Shown here: one piece after another, positions 38,622 through 48,262 of the stretch
Layout: each line of letters starts with the position of its first letter
Position numbering within the stretch: the first letter of the stretch is position 1
Assembly: GCA_014193115.1 (NCBI GenBank)
Contig: BJHQ01000006.1
Location: forward strand, 210,232-274,231
Reading direction: 5' to 3'
From: Planctomycetota bacterium
GTDB taxonomy: Bacteria > Planctomycetota > UBA11346
DNA: 64,000 nucleotides
Made by a program: the position numbers and the translations under genes
The notes under the pieces: model-generated
What the model was told of the DNA's origin: nothing
The model's database searches: none
Seen by the model: the letters and a program-made list of their open reading frames with translations, nothing else

Positions 38622-41510
38622 ATGGCTTCCCCTGCCGACGGACCACGGCGCGCTCCGGAGACCGAGGAGCTGCCGCGCCGTCCGCCGACCGCTCCGGCCG
38701 GCGTGGTCCGCGAGCCGCTCACCATCGGGCCGTACCGCATCGTCCGGGTGCTCGGCCGCGGCGGCATGGGCACGGTGTACCGGGGCGAGGTCGTGGGTCC
38801 GTGCAATGTCCCATTGGGGCGCGAGGTCGCGATCAAGGTCCTGCGCCGGGTCGACGCCGAGGAACGCCGCCGGTTCAAGCGCGAAGTCGCGTATTTGCAG
38901 GTCCTGCGCCATCCCGGCATCGTCCGGGTCCTTGATCATGGCGAGCACCATGGCCGACCGTACCTGGTCATGCCCCTGGTCGAAGGCCGGATGCTCGACG
39001 ATCTGGTCGATGAATCACGCAAAAACGGACGGATCGGGATCGACCAGCGCAAGGCCGCCGAGGTCATCCTCCAGGCGCTGGAGGCGCTGCATGTCGCCCA
39101 CCTGGCCGGGATCCTCCACCGCGACCTGAAACCGGGCAACATCATCATCGCCAATGACGGCGCGGTGAAACTGCTGGATTTCGGCTTGGCGATGTCGCTC
39201 GACCGCGAATCGGGCCTGACCCGCAGCAACGCCGTGGTCGGCACCCCGGCCTACATGAGCCCGGAGCAGGCCCAAGGCACCCGGGCCGACCTCAGCCGGC
39301 GTAGTGACATCTATGCCATCGGCACCTGCCTGTACGAACTGCTCACCGGCCGCCAGCCGTTCACCGCCGGCAATTCGATGGCCCTGCTGAAGAAGATCAT
39401 CGAAGACCCGCTGGTGCCGCCGCGTCGGCTCCGCGCCGATCTCGATCCCGGACTGGATGGAATCGTGCGCATGGCCCTGGCCAAGGAGCCTCAAGACCGC
39501 TACCCCACCGCCGAAGCCATGGCCACCGACCTGCGCCGCTGGCTGCGCGGTGAAAAGGTGAAGGCCCGTGGCCCGGCGATGAGCGTGGTCTTCTGGCGCG
39601 CCCTGCGCCGCGAGCGCCGATCCCTCGCCGCCGCCGGCCTGGTCGTGTTCATCCTCGGCGCAGTGCTCGCCCTGGCGGTGAAGATCGCGACCAGGGGCGG
39701 GGGAGGCAACGGCGGTCTGGTCGATCCGGCGGGAGAGCCTGCCAGCACCGAATGGATCGTCACCTGGCGGGCAGCGACGCTGCCGGTGGCGGCCCCGGGC
39801 GCCAAGCCCGGCCCCAAGGACTTACCGGCGCTGCGCCCGACGGCGCTCAAGGGCCTGGGCAAAGGCGCCTTGGTCGCCGTGCTGCCGCCAGTGCCCGGGG
39901 CGGTCCGCCTGACCATCTCCATGGCGCCGCTGATCGAGAACGGCCAGCTTGAACTGCTGCTCAGCGACCGGGATCTGGGCAAGGGCTACCGCCTGCGGAT
40001 GGCCACGGGCGAGGGCGGCGACCGGATGCATCTGTTCCGTGAATCCCAGCTGGTGGCCAGCGTCAACATCGGCCGGCTGCACCGCGGCCGGCCGTTGCGC
40101 CTGCGTTTCACCCGGGATGAGGACCACCTGCTCGCCGAGCTCAGCGACGCCCGGTCCCCGGCGATCGGCGGCGCCGCGGTGGGCGGTGGATCGGCGACCG
40201 GCGCCAACACCGCTGCCAGCGCGACCGCAGCCGTGGTGGCCGAGGCCAACCGCACCGCAGCCGAACCGGTCATCTGGCGCACGGTCCTGCGCTTCGACGA
40301 CCTGGTCCCGATCGAAGGCGGCGACGCCAGCGGCAATGCCATCGCCCTGGCGCCGAACGAATTCTCGGTGGCGGACCTCAGCCTGGAACGGCGCCGGGCG
40401 GCCTTGACCGCGAGCCCGCTGGCCACCGCCGACACCCTGCGCCAGGACGGCAAATTCGCCCGCGCCCTGGCGCTCTACGAGCAGTTCCTGGCCGACCGGC
40501 CCGACGCCCCCGAGGTCCGGGATGCCCGGCTGCGCGCAGCGATCTGCTTGGAATCACTTGAGGATTTCGAGAACGCCCTGAGCCGGTTCGCTGCCATCGC
40601 CGAAGGCTCTGCCGCCGGTTCGGCCGGGGCCGCGACAGCCGGCTCCGCGACCACTCCGGCCGCACCAGCGCCTGTCGAGGATCCGCGCTACATCCTGGTC
40701 GCCACGTTCCACGCCTGGTCGTGCGCGCTGCGTCTCGGCCGCCACGACGAGGCGGACACGTTCTTCGCCCGGGTCCGGGCCGGGTATCCGCTGCCCAGCC
40801 TGCTCGCCACGGTGCCCGAGTCGCTCATCGCCGACCTGGTGAAGGACCACCTGGTTCGGGCCGAGAAGGCGATCCCGGTCGATGCCGAACGGGCCGCCAG
40901 CCTGGCCCGGACCGGCGCTGACCTGGCAGACCACCTCGGCCAAGCCACGGGCATCCAGCGCGGCCGGATGCTCGCCGGGGACCTGCTGGTCGGCTTGGAG
41001 CGCTTCGACGCCGCGCTGATCGAATACCGCTCTGCGGCCTATGACCAGCGTCTGCCGGCGGCGGCGCGGATGCAGGCGGTGCTCAGCATCGGCCACGTCG
41101 AGCGGCTGCGCGGCAATGCCATGGCAGCGGCCGAGTCCTACCGGGTGGTGGCGACCAACCCGACCGGCGGAGAGGAGCGTGCCCAGTGGGCGCGGCTCTG
41201 GATGGGGGATCTCAGGCTCGGCGAGGGCGACCTGGCCGCCGCCACCGATGCCTGGGACGATGTGCCCGAAACCACCAGCCTGCCGGGCAGGATCATGCAG
41301 CATTTGCTCCACGGCGAGCCGCCCATCCCGCCTCCGGCGAACCGCGAAGGGCTCAACAAGGTCGAGTATTTCACGGCCCGGCTGTACTTGCTGCGGGCCG
41401 ATGAGGCGCGCTACCGCGAGGGTCTGGCCTCGACCGTGCGGATGGGGCCGCCGTCTGAATTCCCAGTGCCGTTGGCCAGGAAATTGATCGCCGAACTGCC
41501 TGAACCGTGA
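38622..41510 (+). CDS. Eukaryotic-like Ser/Thr protein kinase with TM segment and large C-terminal TPR-like domain
   Basis: LGRGGMGTVYRG...AIKVL...HRDLKPGNIII...DFGLA...GTPAYMSPEQ. A TM lies at residues about 327-347 (LAAAGLVVFILGAVLALAV), followed by a helical-repeat C-terminus. Confidence 0.9.
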   Translation: MASPADGPRRAPETEELPRRPPTAPAGVVREPLTIGPYRIVRVLGRGGMGTVYRGEVVGPCNVPLGREVAIKVLRRVDAEERRRFKREVAYLQVLRHPGIVRVLDHGEHHGRPYLVMPLVEGRMLDDLVDESRKNGRIGIDQRKAAEVILQALEALHVAHLAGILHRDLKPGNIIIANDGAVKLLDFGLAMSLDRESGLTRSNAVVGTPAYMSPEQAQGTRADLSRRSDIYAIGTCLYELLTGRQPFTAGNSMALLKKIIEDPLVPPRRLRADLDPGLDGIVRMALAKEPQDRYPTAEAMATDLRRWLRGEKVKARGPAMSVVFWRALRRERRSLAAAGLVVFILGAVLALAVKIATRGGGGNGGLVDPAGEPASTEWIVTWRAATLPVAAPGAKPGPKDLPALRPTALKGLGKGALVAVLPPVPGAVRLTISMAPLIENGQLELLLSDRDLGKGYRLRMATGEGGDRMHLFRESQLVASVNIGRLHRGRPLRLRFTRDEDHLLAELSDARSPAIGGAAVGGGSATGANTAASATAAVVAEANRTAAEPVIWRTVLRFDDLVPIEGGDASGNAIALAPNEFSVADLSLERRRAALTASPLATADTLRQDGKFARALALYEQFLADRPDAPEVRDARLRAAICLESLEDFENALSRFAAIAEGSAAGSAGAATAGSATTPAAPAPVEDPRYILVATFHAWSCALRLGRHDEADTFFARVRAGYPLPSLLATVPESLIADLVKDHLVRAEKAIPVDAERAASLARTGADLADHLGQATGIQRGRMLAGDLLVGLERFDAALIEYRSAAYDQRLPAAARMQAVLSIGHVERLRGNAMAAAESYRVVATNPTGGEERAQWARLWMGDLRLGEGDLAAATDAWDDVPETTSLPGRIMQHLLHGEPPIPPPANREGLNKVEYFTARLYLLRADEARYREGLASTVRMGPPSEFPVPLARKLIAELPEP

Positions 41511-41610
41511 TCGACGGAATCAGCCGCCGAGGGACCGGCCGAGCTGCTGCTGCGTTCCGGCCAGCCGCTCGGCGGACCATCGGCGTCGGCCGACAGCAAT
41601 CCCGGTCGAC

Positions 41611-41778
41611 TCAGTCCTCGTCGTCGTCGGCTCCGGCCTCTTCATCGAGATCGTCTTCCATGTCCTCGTTCTCTTCCTCGACCGTGGTCAGGAAGTCATC
41701 GAGGGCATCGCGGATGACCTCGTTGATGCGATGGCCTTCGCTCTTGAGGAGCTTGATGATGTCCTCTTCCAAACCCAT
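41611..41778 (-). CDS. Small highly acidic protein (55 aa)
   Basis: MGLEEDIIKLLKSEGHRINEVIRDALDDFLTTVEEENEDMEDDLDEEAGADDDED; weak AAGGA ribosome-binding site upstream. Convergent with the kinase. Confidence 0.45.
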   Translation of the reverse strand: MGLEEDIIKLLKSEGHRINEVIRDALDDFLTTVEEENEDMEDDLDEEAGADDDED

Positions 41779-41935
41779 GGCGTGTCCTTGCGGTTGAGGG
41801 GCTGCGGCGGCCACCGAATCGGTGGCGCGGGTGAGGTAGCTCCGGCCCGAGTGGCTGTCAATGGCCGCCGTGTCCAGCTTCGGCGTCGGCGGTGCTGGCA
41901 GGTTGCTTTCGCCGGAGATCCCCCAAGCGTCGCGT

Positions 41936-42493
41936 ATGGCCGCTGAATCCCGCCCTGCCCACATCGGCATCCTGACCATCAGCGACCGGGCCAGCGCCGG
42001 TGTCTATCAGGATCTCGGCGGACCAGCCATCCGGGCGACGCTGGCCGCCTACCTGCGGTCGCCGTGGACCGAGACCTACCGGGTCATCCCCGACGACCGC
42101 TATGGCATCGAAGCGACCTTGATCGAGCTCTGCGATGCGCTCGGCTGCGACCTGGTGGTGACCACCGGCGGCACCGGTCCGGCGCCGCGGGATGTCACCC
42201 CGGAGGCCACCGCAGCAGTCTGCACCAAGCTGCTGCCGGGGTTCGGCGAACTGATGCGGGCAACCTCGCTGAAAGTCGTGCCCACGGCGATCCTGTCGCG
42301 CCAGACCGCCGGCATCCGCGGCCGTTCGCTGATCATCAATCTGCCGGGAAAACCCAAGAGCATCCGCGAATGCCTGGATGCGGTGTTCCCGGCGGTGCCG
42401 TACTGCCTGGATCTGATCGGCGCCGCCCGGATCGAGACCGATCCGGCGGTGGTCGCCGCCTTCCGGCCCGGGTCCGGCGCAAAGCCTGGATGA
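41936..42493 (+). CDS. mogA: Molybdopterin adenylyltransferase / MoaB-MogA family
   Basis: IGILTISDRAS...GCDLVVTTGGTGPAPRDVTPEA...INLPGKP. Confidence 0.8.
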   Translation: MAAESRPAHIGILTISDRASAGVYQDLGGPAIRATLAAYLRSPWTETYRVIPDDRYGIEATLIELCDALGCDLVVTTGGTGPAPRDVTPEATAAVCTKLLPGFGELMRATSLKVVPTAILSRQTAGIRGRSLIINLPGKPKSIRECLDAVFPAVPYCLDLIGAARIETDPAVVAAFRPGSGAKPG

Positions 42494-42681
42494 AGGTTCC
42501 GGATCCCCCGGTCGCGCCTGGTCTCGCCCCTCCCCGGACAACCCGGTCGGCGTTGGCCATCCCACGATTGCAGCGCTCAGCGCCTGGACATGGTCAACGA
42601 CCATGCCGCGCTGCGCGGCGATTCCCCAGCTGAGTCCGATCCCTTCCGCTCGATCCCTCCGTCCCCGACCTCGATCCCACC

Positions 42682-44001
42682 ATGAGCTCCACCGATCTCC
42701 GCTTCGCCTCCCGCGACCAGCACCGTTCCTGGCTGGCCAGCCAGGCGCGCCTGCCGGGCGGCTTCCGGGTCGGATCGAGCGTCTTCGGCTTTACGCCGTT
42801 CGAGCTCGACAAGCCGGCGAAGATGAAACTGACCATCATCGCCTGCGACCGGCCCACCGCGGACTTCGCTGCGGTATTCACCCGCAACGCCTTCCCCGGC
42901 GCCCCGGTGCTGGTCGGCAAGCGCCGGATCGAGGAGCCGACCCTCGGCGCGATCGTGATCAACAACAAGATCAGCAATGTCTGCGCCCCCGACGGGGTCC
43001 AAGCGAGCGAGCGGGTCTGCGCCGCCGCCGCCGGGCTGCTCAACCTCGATCCGGGCCAGATCCTGCCCTGCTCGACCGGGGTGATCGGTTGGCGGCTGCC
43101 GGTTGACGCGATGGTCGCCCACCTGCCGGCGGCCCTGGCCACCCTGCAATCAGCCAGCGTGCTGCCGGCGGCGGAAGGCATCTGCACCACCGACCTGTTC
43201 CCCAAGGTGCGCCGGGCCGAGCTGTTCGGCGGTTCGATCGTCGGCATCGCCAAGGGCGCCGGCATGATCGAGCCCAACCTGGCGACCATGCTGGTCTACC
43301 TGCTCACCGACCTGCAAGTGCCGCGCAACCGGATGCGGCCGCTGCTGCGCACCACCGCCGACGATACGTTCAACCGCATGTCGATCGACAGCGACACCAG
43401 CACCAGCGACACCGTCGCCCTGGTGTCGAGCGGACAGGTGCCCTGCCCCGAGATCAACGCCTTCCACGCCGCCCTGACCCAGGTCTGCGCCGACCTCACC
43501 GAGGACATCGTGCGCAACGGCGAAGGCGTCCACCACGTCATCCGGGTCAAGGTCAACGGCGCCCCGAACCGGCACATCGCGGAACGCATCGGCAAGGCCA
43601 TCGTCAATTCGCCGCTGTTCCAGTGCGCGGTGTGCGGCAATGACCCCAATGTCGGCCGGCTGGTGATGGCAGTGGGCAAGGAGATCGGCGCCGGCTCGAC
43701 CAAGCTCGACTCCAGCCGCCTGCGCCTGAGCCTGGGCGGACTCGAGATCTTCAGCGGCGGAGCCTTCCGGCTCGATCGCGACAAGGAAACCGCCTTGGTC
43801 CGCCATCTGCGCGACGCCGAGCTGTACCAGTCGGTGGTTCCTGCTGACGGCGTGACCTTCAAACCGCCGGTGGACTATCCGCCCCACGAGCGCTGCGTCG
43901 AGGTCGGCGTCGATCTCGACCTCGGCAACGGCCAGGCAGTGATCCTCGGCGCCGATCGCTCCCACGAATACATCTCCGAGAACGCCGACTACCGTTCGTG
44001 A
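42682..44001 (+). CDS. argJ: Bifunctional glutamate N-acetyltransferase/amino-acid acetyltransferase
   Basis: ...GAGMIEPNLATMLVYLLTD... contains the ArgJ self-cleavage site motif ATML. Confidence 0.92.
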   Translation: MSSTDLRFASRDQHRSWLASQARLPGGFRVGSSVFGFTPFELDKPAKMKLTIIACDRPTADFAAVFTRNAFPGAPVLVGKRRIEEPTLGAIVINNKISNVCAPDGVQASERVCAAAAGLLNLDPGQILPCSTGVIGWRLPVDAMVAHLPAALATLQSASVLPAAEGICTTDLFPKVRRAELFGGSIVGIAKGAGMIEPNLATMLVYLLTDLQVPRNRMRPLLRTTADDTFNRMSIDSDTSTSDTVALVSSGQVPCPEINAFHAALTQVCADLTEDIVRNGEGVHHVIRVKVNGAPNRHIAERIGKAIVNSPLFQCAVCGNDPNVGRLVMAVGKEIGAGSTKLDSSRLRLSLGGLEIFSGGAFRLDRDKETALVRHLRDAELYQSVVPADGVTFKPPVDYPPHERCVEVGVDLDLGNGQAVILGADRSHEYISENADYRS

Positions 44002-44052
44002 AACCGGCGCGCTGCTCAGGCAGCTCGCGGCTCGGGCCATGCCGCTAGCAGC

Positions 44053-45045
44053 TCAGGCCATAGTCGCCAGATGGTGCTCCAGCACCCGGTGCTGGGCCGG
44101 CTGACCGGCGAGAATCCGCAGGCATTCGTCGATCGCGAGCTTGCCCATCCGCCGGATCTCGTCGTTGATGCTGCCGGCCAGGTGCGGAGTCAGCCAGACA
44201 TTGGGCAGGCGCAGCAGCTCGCTGCCGGCCGCCGGCGGTTCTGGCTGGGTGACGTCGAGGTGGGCGTCGATCCGTCCGGTGCGCAGCTCGGCGATCAGTG
44301 CGGTTTCATCCACCAGGGCGCCGCGGGCGGTATTGATGAAGGTCGCCCCATCGGGCATCGCTGCCAACACCCGGGCATCGATCATCTTGGTGCAGGCCGG
44401 GATGTTCGGCGCATGCAGGCTGAGGATCCGGCTTTTTCTGGCCAGCTCGACCAGATCAGCGACCGGCTCGGCGCCGACCTGGGCAAAGGCCTCGCGGGAT
44501 GCGTAGGGATCAAAGGCGAACACCTGGAGCTCCAGGCTCTTCAGCCGCTCCGCCACCATCCGCCCGATCGCGCCGAGCCCGACCAGACCGACGCTGGCGC
44601 CATAATTCCCAGGCGCAGATGCGGATTTCCACGCGTCCAGGCCATGGGCGCGGATCCGGTCCTGGCAGCGGAACCAGCCCTTGTTGATCAAGGTGATCAG
44701 CGCCACCACCGCTTCGCTCACCGGGACGGCGTTGGCATGCATCGCAGTGGTGATGATCACGTCCCGGGCGAAGGCCTCGGGCAGGGCAAAGCCTTTGACC
44801 GAACCCGCGGCATAGCACACCGCCCGCAGCCGCGGCGCCGCAGTCAGCATTTCGCCGTCGATCTTCGGCATGCCCCACGACCCGAGCAGCACCTCGACCG
44901 CGCCAAGGGCAGGTAGCTGGGCAGCCCGGTTGCGTCCGACGACCCGCAGCTCGGCGACCTGTTCCAGCCGGGCAAGATCTGGCGCAGCGAAGAACCTGCC
45001 GATGTCGGGCTGGTCGTGGGTGATGGCGACGACGGGACGGGACAT
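44053..45045 (-). CDS. D-isomer-specific 2-hydroxyacid dehydrogenase family protein
   Basis: VGLVGLGAIGRMVAERL shows the NAD-binding GxGxxG; catalytic-region motifs follow (...LLRLPNVWLTPHLAG). Confidence 0.85.
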   Translation of the reverse strand: MSRPVVAITHDQPDIGRFFAAPDLARLEQVAELRVVGRNRAAQLPALGAVEVLLGSWGMPKIDGEMLTAAPRLRAVCYAAGSVKGFALPEAFARDVIITTAMHANAVPVSEAVVALITLINKGWFRCQDRIRAHGLDAWKSASAPGNYGASVGLVGLGAIGRMVAERLKSLELQVFAFDPYASREAFAQVGAEPVADLVELARKSRILSLHAPNIPACTKMIDARVLAAMPDGATFINTARGALVDETALIAELRTGRIDAHLDVTQPEPPAAGSELLRLPNVWLTPHLAGSINDEIRRMGKLAIDECLRILAGQPAQHRVLEHHLATMA

Positions 45046-45167
45046 GGTTGGCGGCCTCGCGAGCCGTGATTAACCCGGGATGTCGCGATAGGGGAACCGC
45101 CATGGGCCGTGCGGCGAGCCGGCCCTGCAGTTGCCAACCGGCGCGTGCTTCCAGGCTCCGGCCCACG

Positions 45168-45473
45168 ATGGCCGTCCTCCACCCTTCCACGTCGTTCGAC
45201 CAGGTCATGGCGACCTTGCCCGATGGCGACCAGGCGATCCTGGTCCGCACCGGCGAAACGGTCCACGCCTTCCGCAACCGCTGTCCGCACCTCGGCATCA
45301 ACCTCGACTGGGGCGATGGCCGCTGCCTGAAGGAGCCGGGGATCTTGGTCTGCTCGATGCACGGCGCGCTGTTCGCCGCCGACAGCGGCCGATGCCTGGC
45401 TGGCCCCTGCGCCGGCGACGCGCTGGAGCCGGTTCCGATCCGGGTGGTCGATGGCCGGATCGAGACCGCCTGA
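45168..45473 (+). CDS. Rieske [2Fe-2S] domain protein
   Basis: CPHLGINLDWG...CSMHGALF are the two Rieske boxes (CxH...CxxH). An alternative upstream start lies at 45048. Confidence 0.7.
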   Translation: MAVLHPSTSFDQVMATLPDGDQAILVRTGETVHAFRNRCPHLGINLDWGDGRCLKEPGILVCSMHGALFAADSGRCLAGPCAGDALEPVPIRVVDGRIETA

Positions 45474-46219
45474 TGAACGGCCCCGCCGTGGCCCGGCGTT
45501 GGCGCGAACTCGCCTCGCCGGTCGGTCCGCATCCGCTCGACGGCCTGATCACGCCGGAACGCGCCTGGAACTACCGCCAGGTGCTGGCCCGGCGCACCGG
45601 CCGCCTGGTGGTGGTGGTCGAGGACTGCCACGATCCCCACAACGCCACCGCCATCATCCGCACCTGCGATGCTTTCGGCCTGCACACGGTGATGGTCATC
45701 ACCGGCCATAATTCCTTCAAGGTCAACCGCAAGATCAGCCAGGGCAGCCACCACTACATCGACCTGCGCCACCACACCGATGTGGCCACGGCCTATGCTG
45801 AACTGCGCGCCGCGGGCTATCGCATCCTGGCCACCGATCTCGCGGCCGGCGCGGTGACCAGCGCCCGCACGCTGTCAGCGGAATTGGCCCGCCAGCCCCT
45901 CGCCTTGGTCTTCGGCAACGAAGGCTGCGGCGTGTCGGCCGAGGCCAGCCAGCTCGCCGACGGCCAGGTGCTGATCCCGATGAGCGGTTTTCCCCAGAGT
46001 CTGAACCTGTCGGTGTCGGTGACCGCGCTGGTCTACGGCCTGCGCGCCGATGCGCTGGGCGAGGACCAGCCCGGCGACCTGGGCGCCGAAACCCAGCACG
46101 TGTGGTACGATCGCTGGGTACGCAATTACCTCGGTGAAGTACGGGCTGAGCGCTTCGCCCGGGCCATCGGCCGGAATGACGAGGATCTCGATGTGCTGGC
46201 GGCGGGCGGCGTGGCGTGA
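45473..46219 (+). CDS. SpoU/TrmH-family RNA 2'-O-methyltransferase
   Basis: LVVVVEDCHDPHNATAIIRTCDAFG...LVFGNEGCGVS...IPMSGFPQSLNLSVSV (SPOUT motifs). Start overlaps the Rieske stop (TGATG). Confidence 0.8.
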   Translation: MNGPAVARRWRELASPVGPHPLDGLITPERAWNYRQVLARRTGRLVVVVEDCHDPHNATAIIRTCDAFGLHTVMVITGHNSFKVNRKISQGSHHYIDLRHHTDVATAYAELRAAGYRILATDLAAGAVTSARTLSAELARQPLALVFGNEGCGVSAEASQLADGQVLIPMSGFPQSLNLSVSVTALVYGLRADALGEDQPGDLGAETQHVWYDRWVRNYLGEVRAERFARAIGRNDEDLDVLAAGGVA

Positions 46220-46899
46220 CGGCGCCGGACCCGACCGGCTTCGTCGAGCCGCGCCCGGATGCGATCGCCGCCAATCCCGGAGGGGCGAACGACCCGCTCG
46301 GTGAATCGGTGCTGGGAATCGACCAGCCGTGGCTGCGGGTGTTCCAGCCCGCCGATCTGCGGGTGGTGATCGGCCGCCACCAGGATCCCGACCGCGAGGT
46401 CCAGCGCGCCAGCTGCCAGGCCGCTGGCGTGCCGGTGCATCGCCGCGTCACCGGCGGCGGCGCGGTGGTGCTGGCCCCGGGCATGGTGGTGGTGGCGCTG
46501 CGCCGGAGCGCTCAACATCAGCCGGAAACCCGCGATCCGGTGGCGTGGTTCGCCCAGATCAACGCGGTGCTTGTCCCGGTCATCCGCGATCTGACCGGGA
46601 TCACCCCGATCGCCCACCGCCTGGGTGACCTGGCGATGCCCGAGGCCACGGCGACGCCGCGCAAGATCCTCGGCGCCAGCCTGCGCCAGAACGCGCGGCT
46701 GACGGCCTATCTCGGGGTGTTCCTGGTCGATGATGCAGCGCCCCTGATGGAGCGTTACCTGCGCCAACCGAGCCGCGAACCCGACTACCGCGGCGGCCGT
46801 GACCACCGCACGTTCTGCACCCATCTCAGTCGCTGGGGCGTCACCGCGGATCAGCTGAGCAGCCGCCTGATCGCGCATCTGACCGCGGAACTCGGCTGA
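46216..46899 (+). CDS. Biotin/lipoate A/B protein ligase (LplA/LipB-like) family protein
   Basis: RVVIGRHQDPDREV...GVPVHRRVTGGGAVVLAPG...KILGASLRQN resembles the BPL/LPL catalytic domain. GTG start overlaps the upstream stop. Confidence 0.6.
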   Translation: MTAPDPTGFVEPRPDAIAANPGGANDPLGESVLGIDQPWLRVFQPADLRVVIGRHQDPDREVQRASCQAAGVPVHRRVTGGGAVVLAPGMVVVALRRSAQHQPETRDPVAWFAQINAVLVPVIRDLTGITPIAHRLGDLAMPEATATPRKILGASLRQNARLTAYLGVFLVDDAAPLMERYLRQPSREPDYRGGRDHRTFCTHLSRWGVTADQLSSRLIAHLTAELG

Positions 46900-46938
46900 C
46901 GCGGTAGACATCCAGGCAGCGCCACCGACCCTCCGCCC

Positions 46939-47412
46939 ATGGCCCCTGACACCCGATTTGTGCTGGCGAACCTGGCCACCGCCGGGGCCTGGTTGGCGGC
47001 CCACGGCCGGCCGCTGTGGGGCCTGGCCAGCCTGCTGCCGGCCTTCGTCGGAGCCACCGTCGTGGTCGCCGCAACCGCGCTGGCGGAACCGGACCAGGTC
47101 ACTGCCTGGCGCGGAGCCGGCGTGGGAATCACCTGCGCCGCATTGACCCTGGCCGCCCTGCTCGCGACCTGGGACCGCCGCCGCCGCCGCATCGATCCCA
47201 AGCTGGTCCGCACCTTGCACGCCGAGGCGGCGCGGGCTTATCTGCGCAACGAATGGCCCGCCGCCTTGGCGGCAGCGCAGCAACTCACCGTTGCCGCGCC
47301 GGAAGAGTCCGGCGCGTGGACCTTGCTGGCGATGATCTGCAAAGCCTCAGGAGATGCCGTAGGCGCAGCGCGAGCGGAACAGCGGGCTGCTGCCTGCGCC
47401 GAGCGCGGGTGA
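46939..47412 (+). CDS. Hypothetical membrane protein (2-3 TM, short helical C-terminus)
   Basis: ORF with hydrophobic spans LANLATAGAWLAA, LLPAFVGATVVVAATALA and GITCAALTLAALLATW. Confidence 0.4.
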   Translation: MAPDTRFVLANLATAGAWLAAHGRPLWGLASLLPAFVGATVVVAATALAEPDQVTAWRGAGVGITCAALTLAALLATWDRRRRRIDPKLVRTLHAEAARAYLRNEWPAALAAAQQLTVAAPEESGAWTLLAMICKASGDAVGAARAEQRAAACAERG

Positions 47413-47767
47413 ATTGAAACTCAGGGCTCGCGCAACCATAACCCGAGCGTTTTCTCAGATTGTTTTCCATGGCGGAAACAAGCGTCCCGTAGGGACACCA
47501 CGAGATGAGCCCGGGGTTTCAACCCCGGGTGTCATGGCCTGTTCAGGGCCGAGTCCCGTAGGGACGGCTGAGTCCGATGACTGACCAATTTGAGTGCTCC
47601 CTTGCGGGCTGAGGCCCGCATAGGTTCAGCCGCGCCTACGGGGCTTTCTATGCAATCCACCGTACCCGAGGCTGACGCCCCGGGCTGGTATCGAAGCGTC
47701 CCTACGGGACGCAGTTGGAAACGACTCAACTTGTCTTGCGCGCGCTCTCAGCGCTTCAAGCGCCGGT
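47413..47767. repeat. Hairpin-dense convergent intergenic region with three copies of the palindrome GTCCCGTAGGGAC (one inverted) plus other stem-loops
   Basis: Copies at about 47484, 47549 and 47695 (the last as GTCCCTACGGGAC). Additional hairpins: CCCGGGGTTTCAACCCCGGG and GCGGGCTGAGGCCCGC. Confidence 0.5.
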
Positions 47768-48262
47768 TCATCGCGCTGGGCGCTCCATTTCCTTATGCAT
47801 GGGTCCCGAATTGACATATTCCTCGGTGCTGTACGTAACCCAAGGAAATCGCCTGCCAGTCCATTGTTCGTAGACCTTTGCGATACCACGCTTGAGTTGT
47901 TCAGTTCGTCTTTTTTGAGCCCAATGAGTTGTGTCGACCAACACATAGTAGGATGAAGTGGGTCTGATCACCTGAGCGAATTTCAAGGTGCATTCATAGT
48001 ACCGATCTCTTTGCCACCAATAGGAACTGCGCACCGTCATGAAACCGATTTTCCCCGGACAGTCGATTGTGAGGATACCGTGCGGCGCCAAAATGCTCCG
48101 GCATTCCTCAAGGTTATATCCAAAGCGTAGCCCCGGAATTTCGGGAAGCTCATTGCTGGCATTCCACCACATCACCCCGTAGGCAATGCATGCCGCCACG
48201 CAGACCACCACCGAGATAAGGATCGTCAATAATCGTCCCGGAGGCGCGCGCCGGTCGTTCAT
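47768..48262 (-). CDS. Hypothetical membrane-anchored Cys-containing protein in a low-GC (about 50%) patch
   Basis: MNDRRAPPGRLLTILISVVVCVAACIAYGVMWW then ...ECRSILAPHGILTIDCPGK...YYECTLKF. The start overlaps the mtnC stop. GC is visibly lower than the surroundings. Confidence 0.5.
   Translation of the reverse strand: MNDRRAPPGRLLTILISVVVCVAACIAYGVMWWNASNELPEIPGLRFGYNLEECRSILAPHGILTIDCPGKIGFMTVRSSYWWQRDRYYECTLKFAQVIRPTSSYYVLVDTTHWAQKRRTEQLKRGIAKVYEQWTGRRFPWVTYSTEEYVNSGPMHKEMERPAR

Noticed and set aside
41861-41935. Upstream extension of mogA (ORF track start 41861)
   Set aside because: The extension overlaps the divergent small acidic protein gene, and the conserved MogA N-terminus (HIGILTISDRAS) begins right after the internal ATG at 41936.
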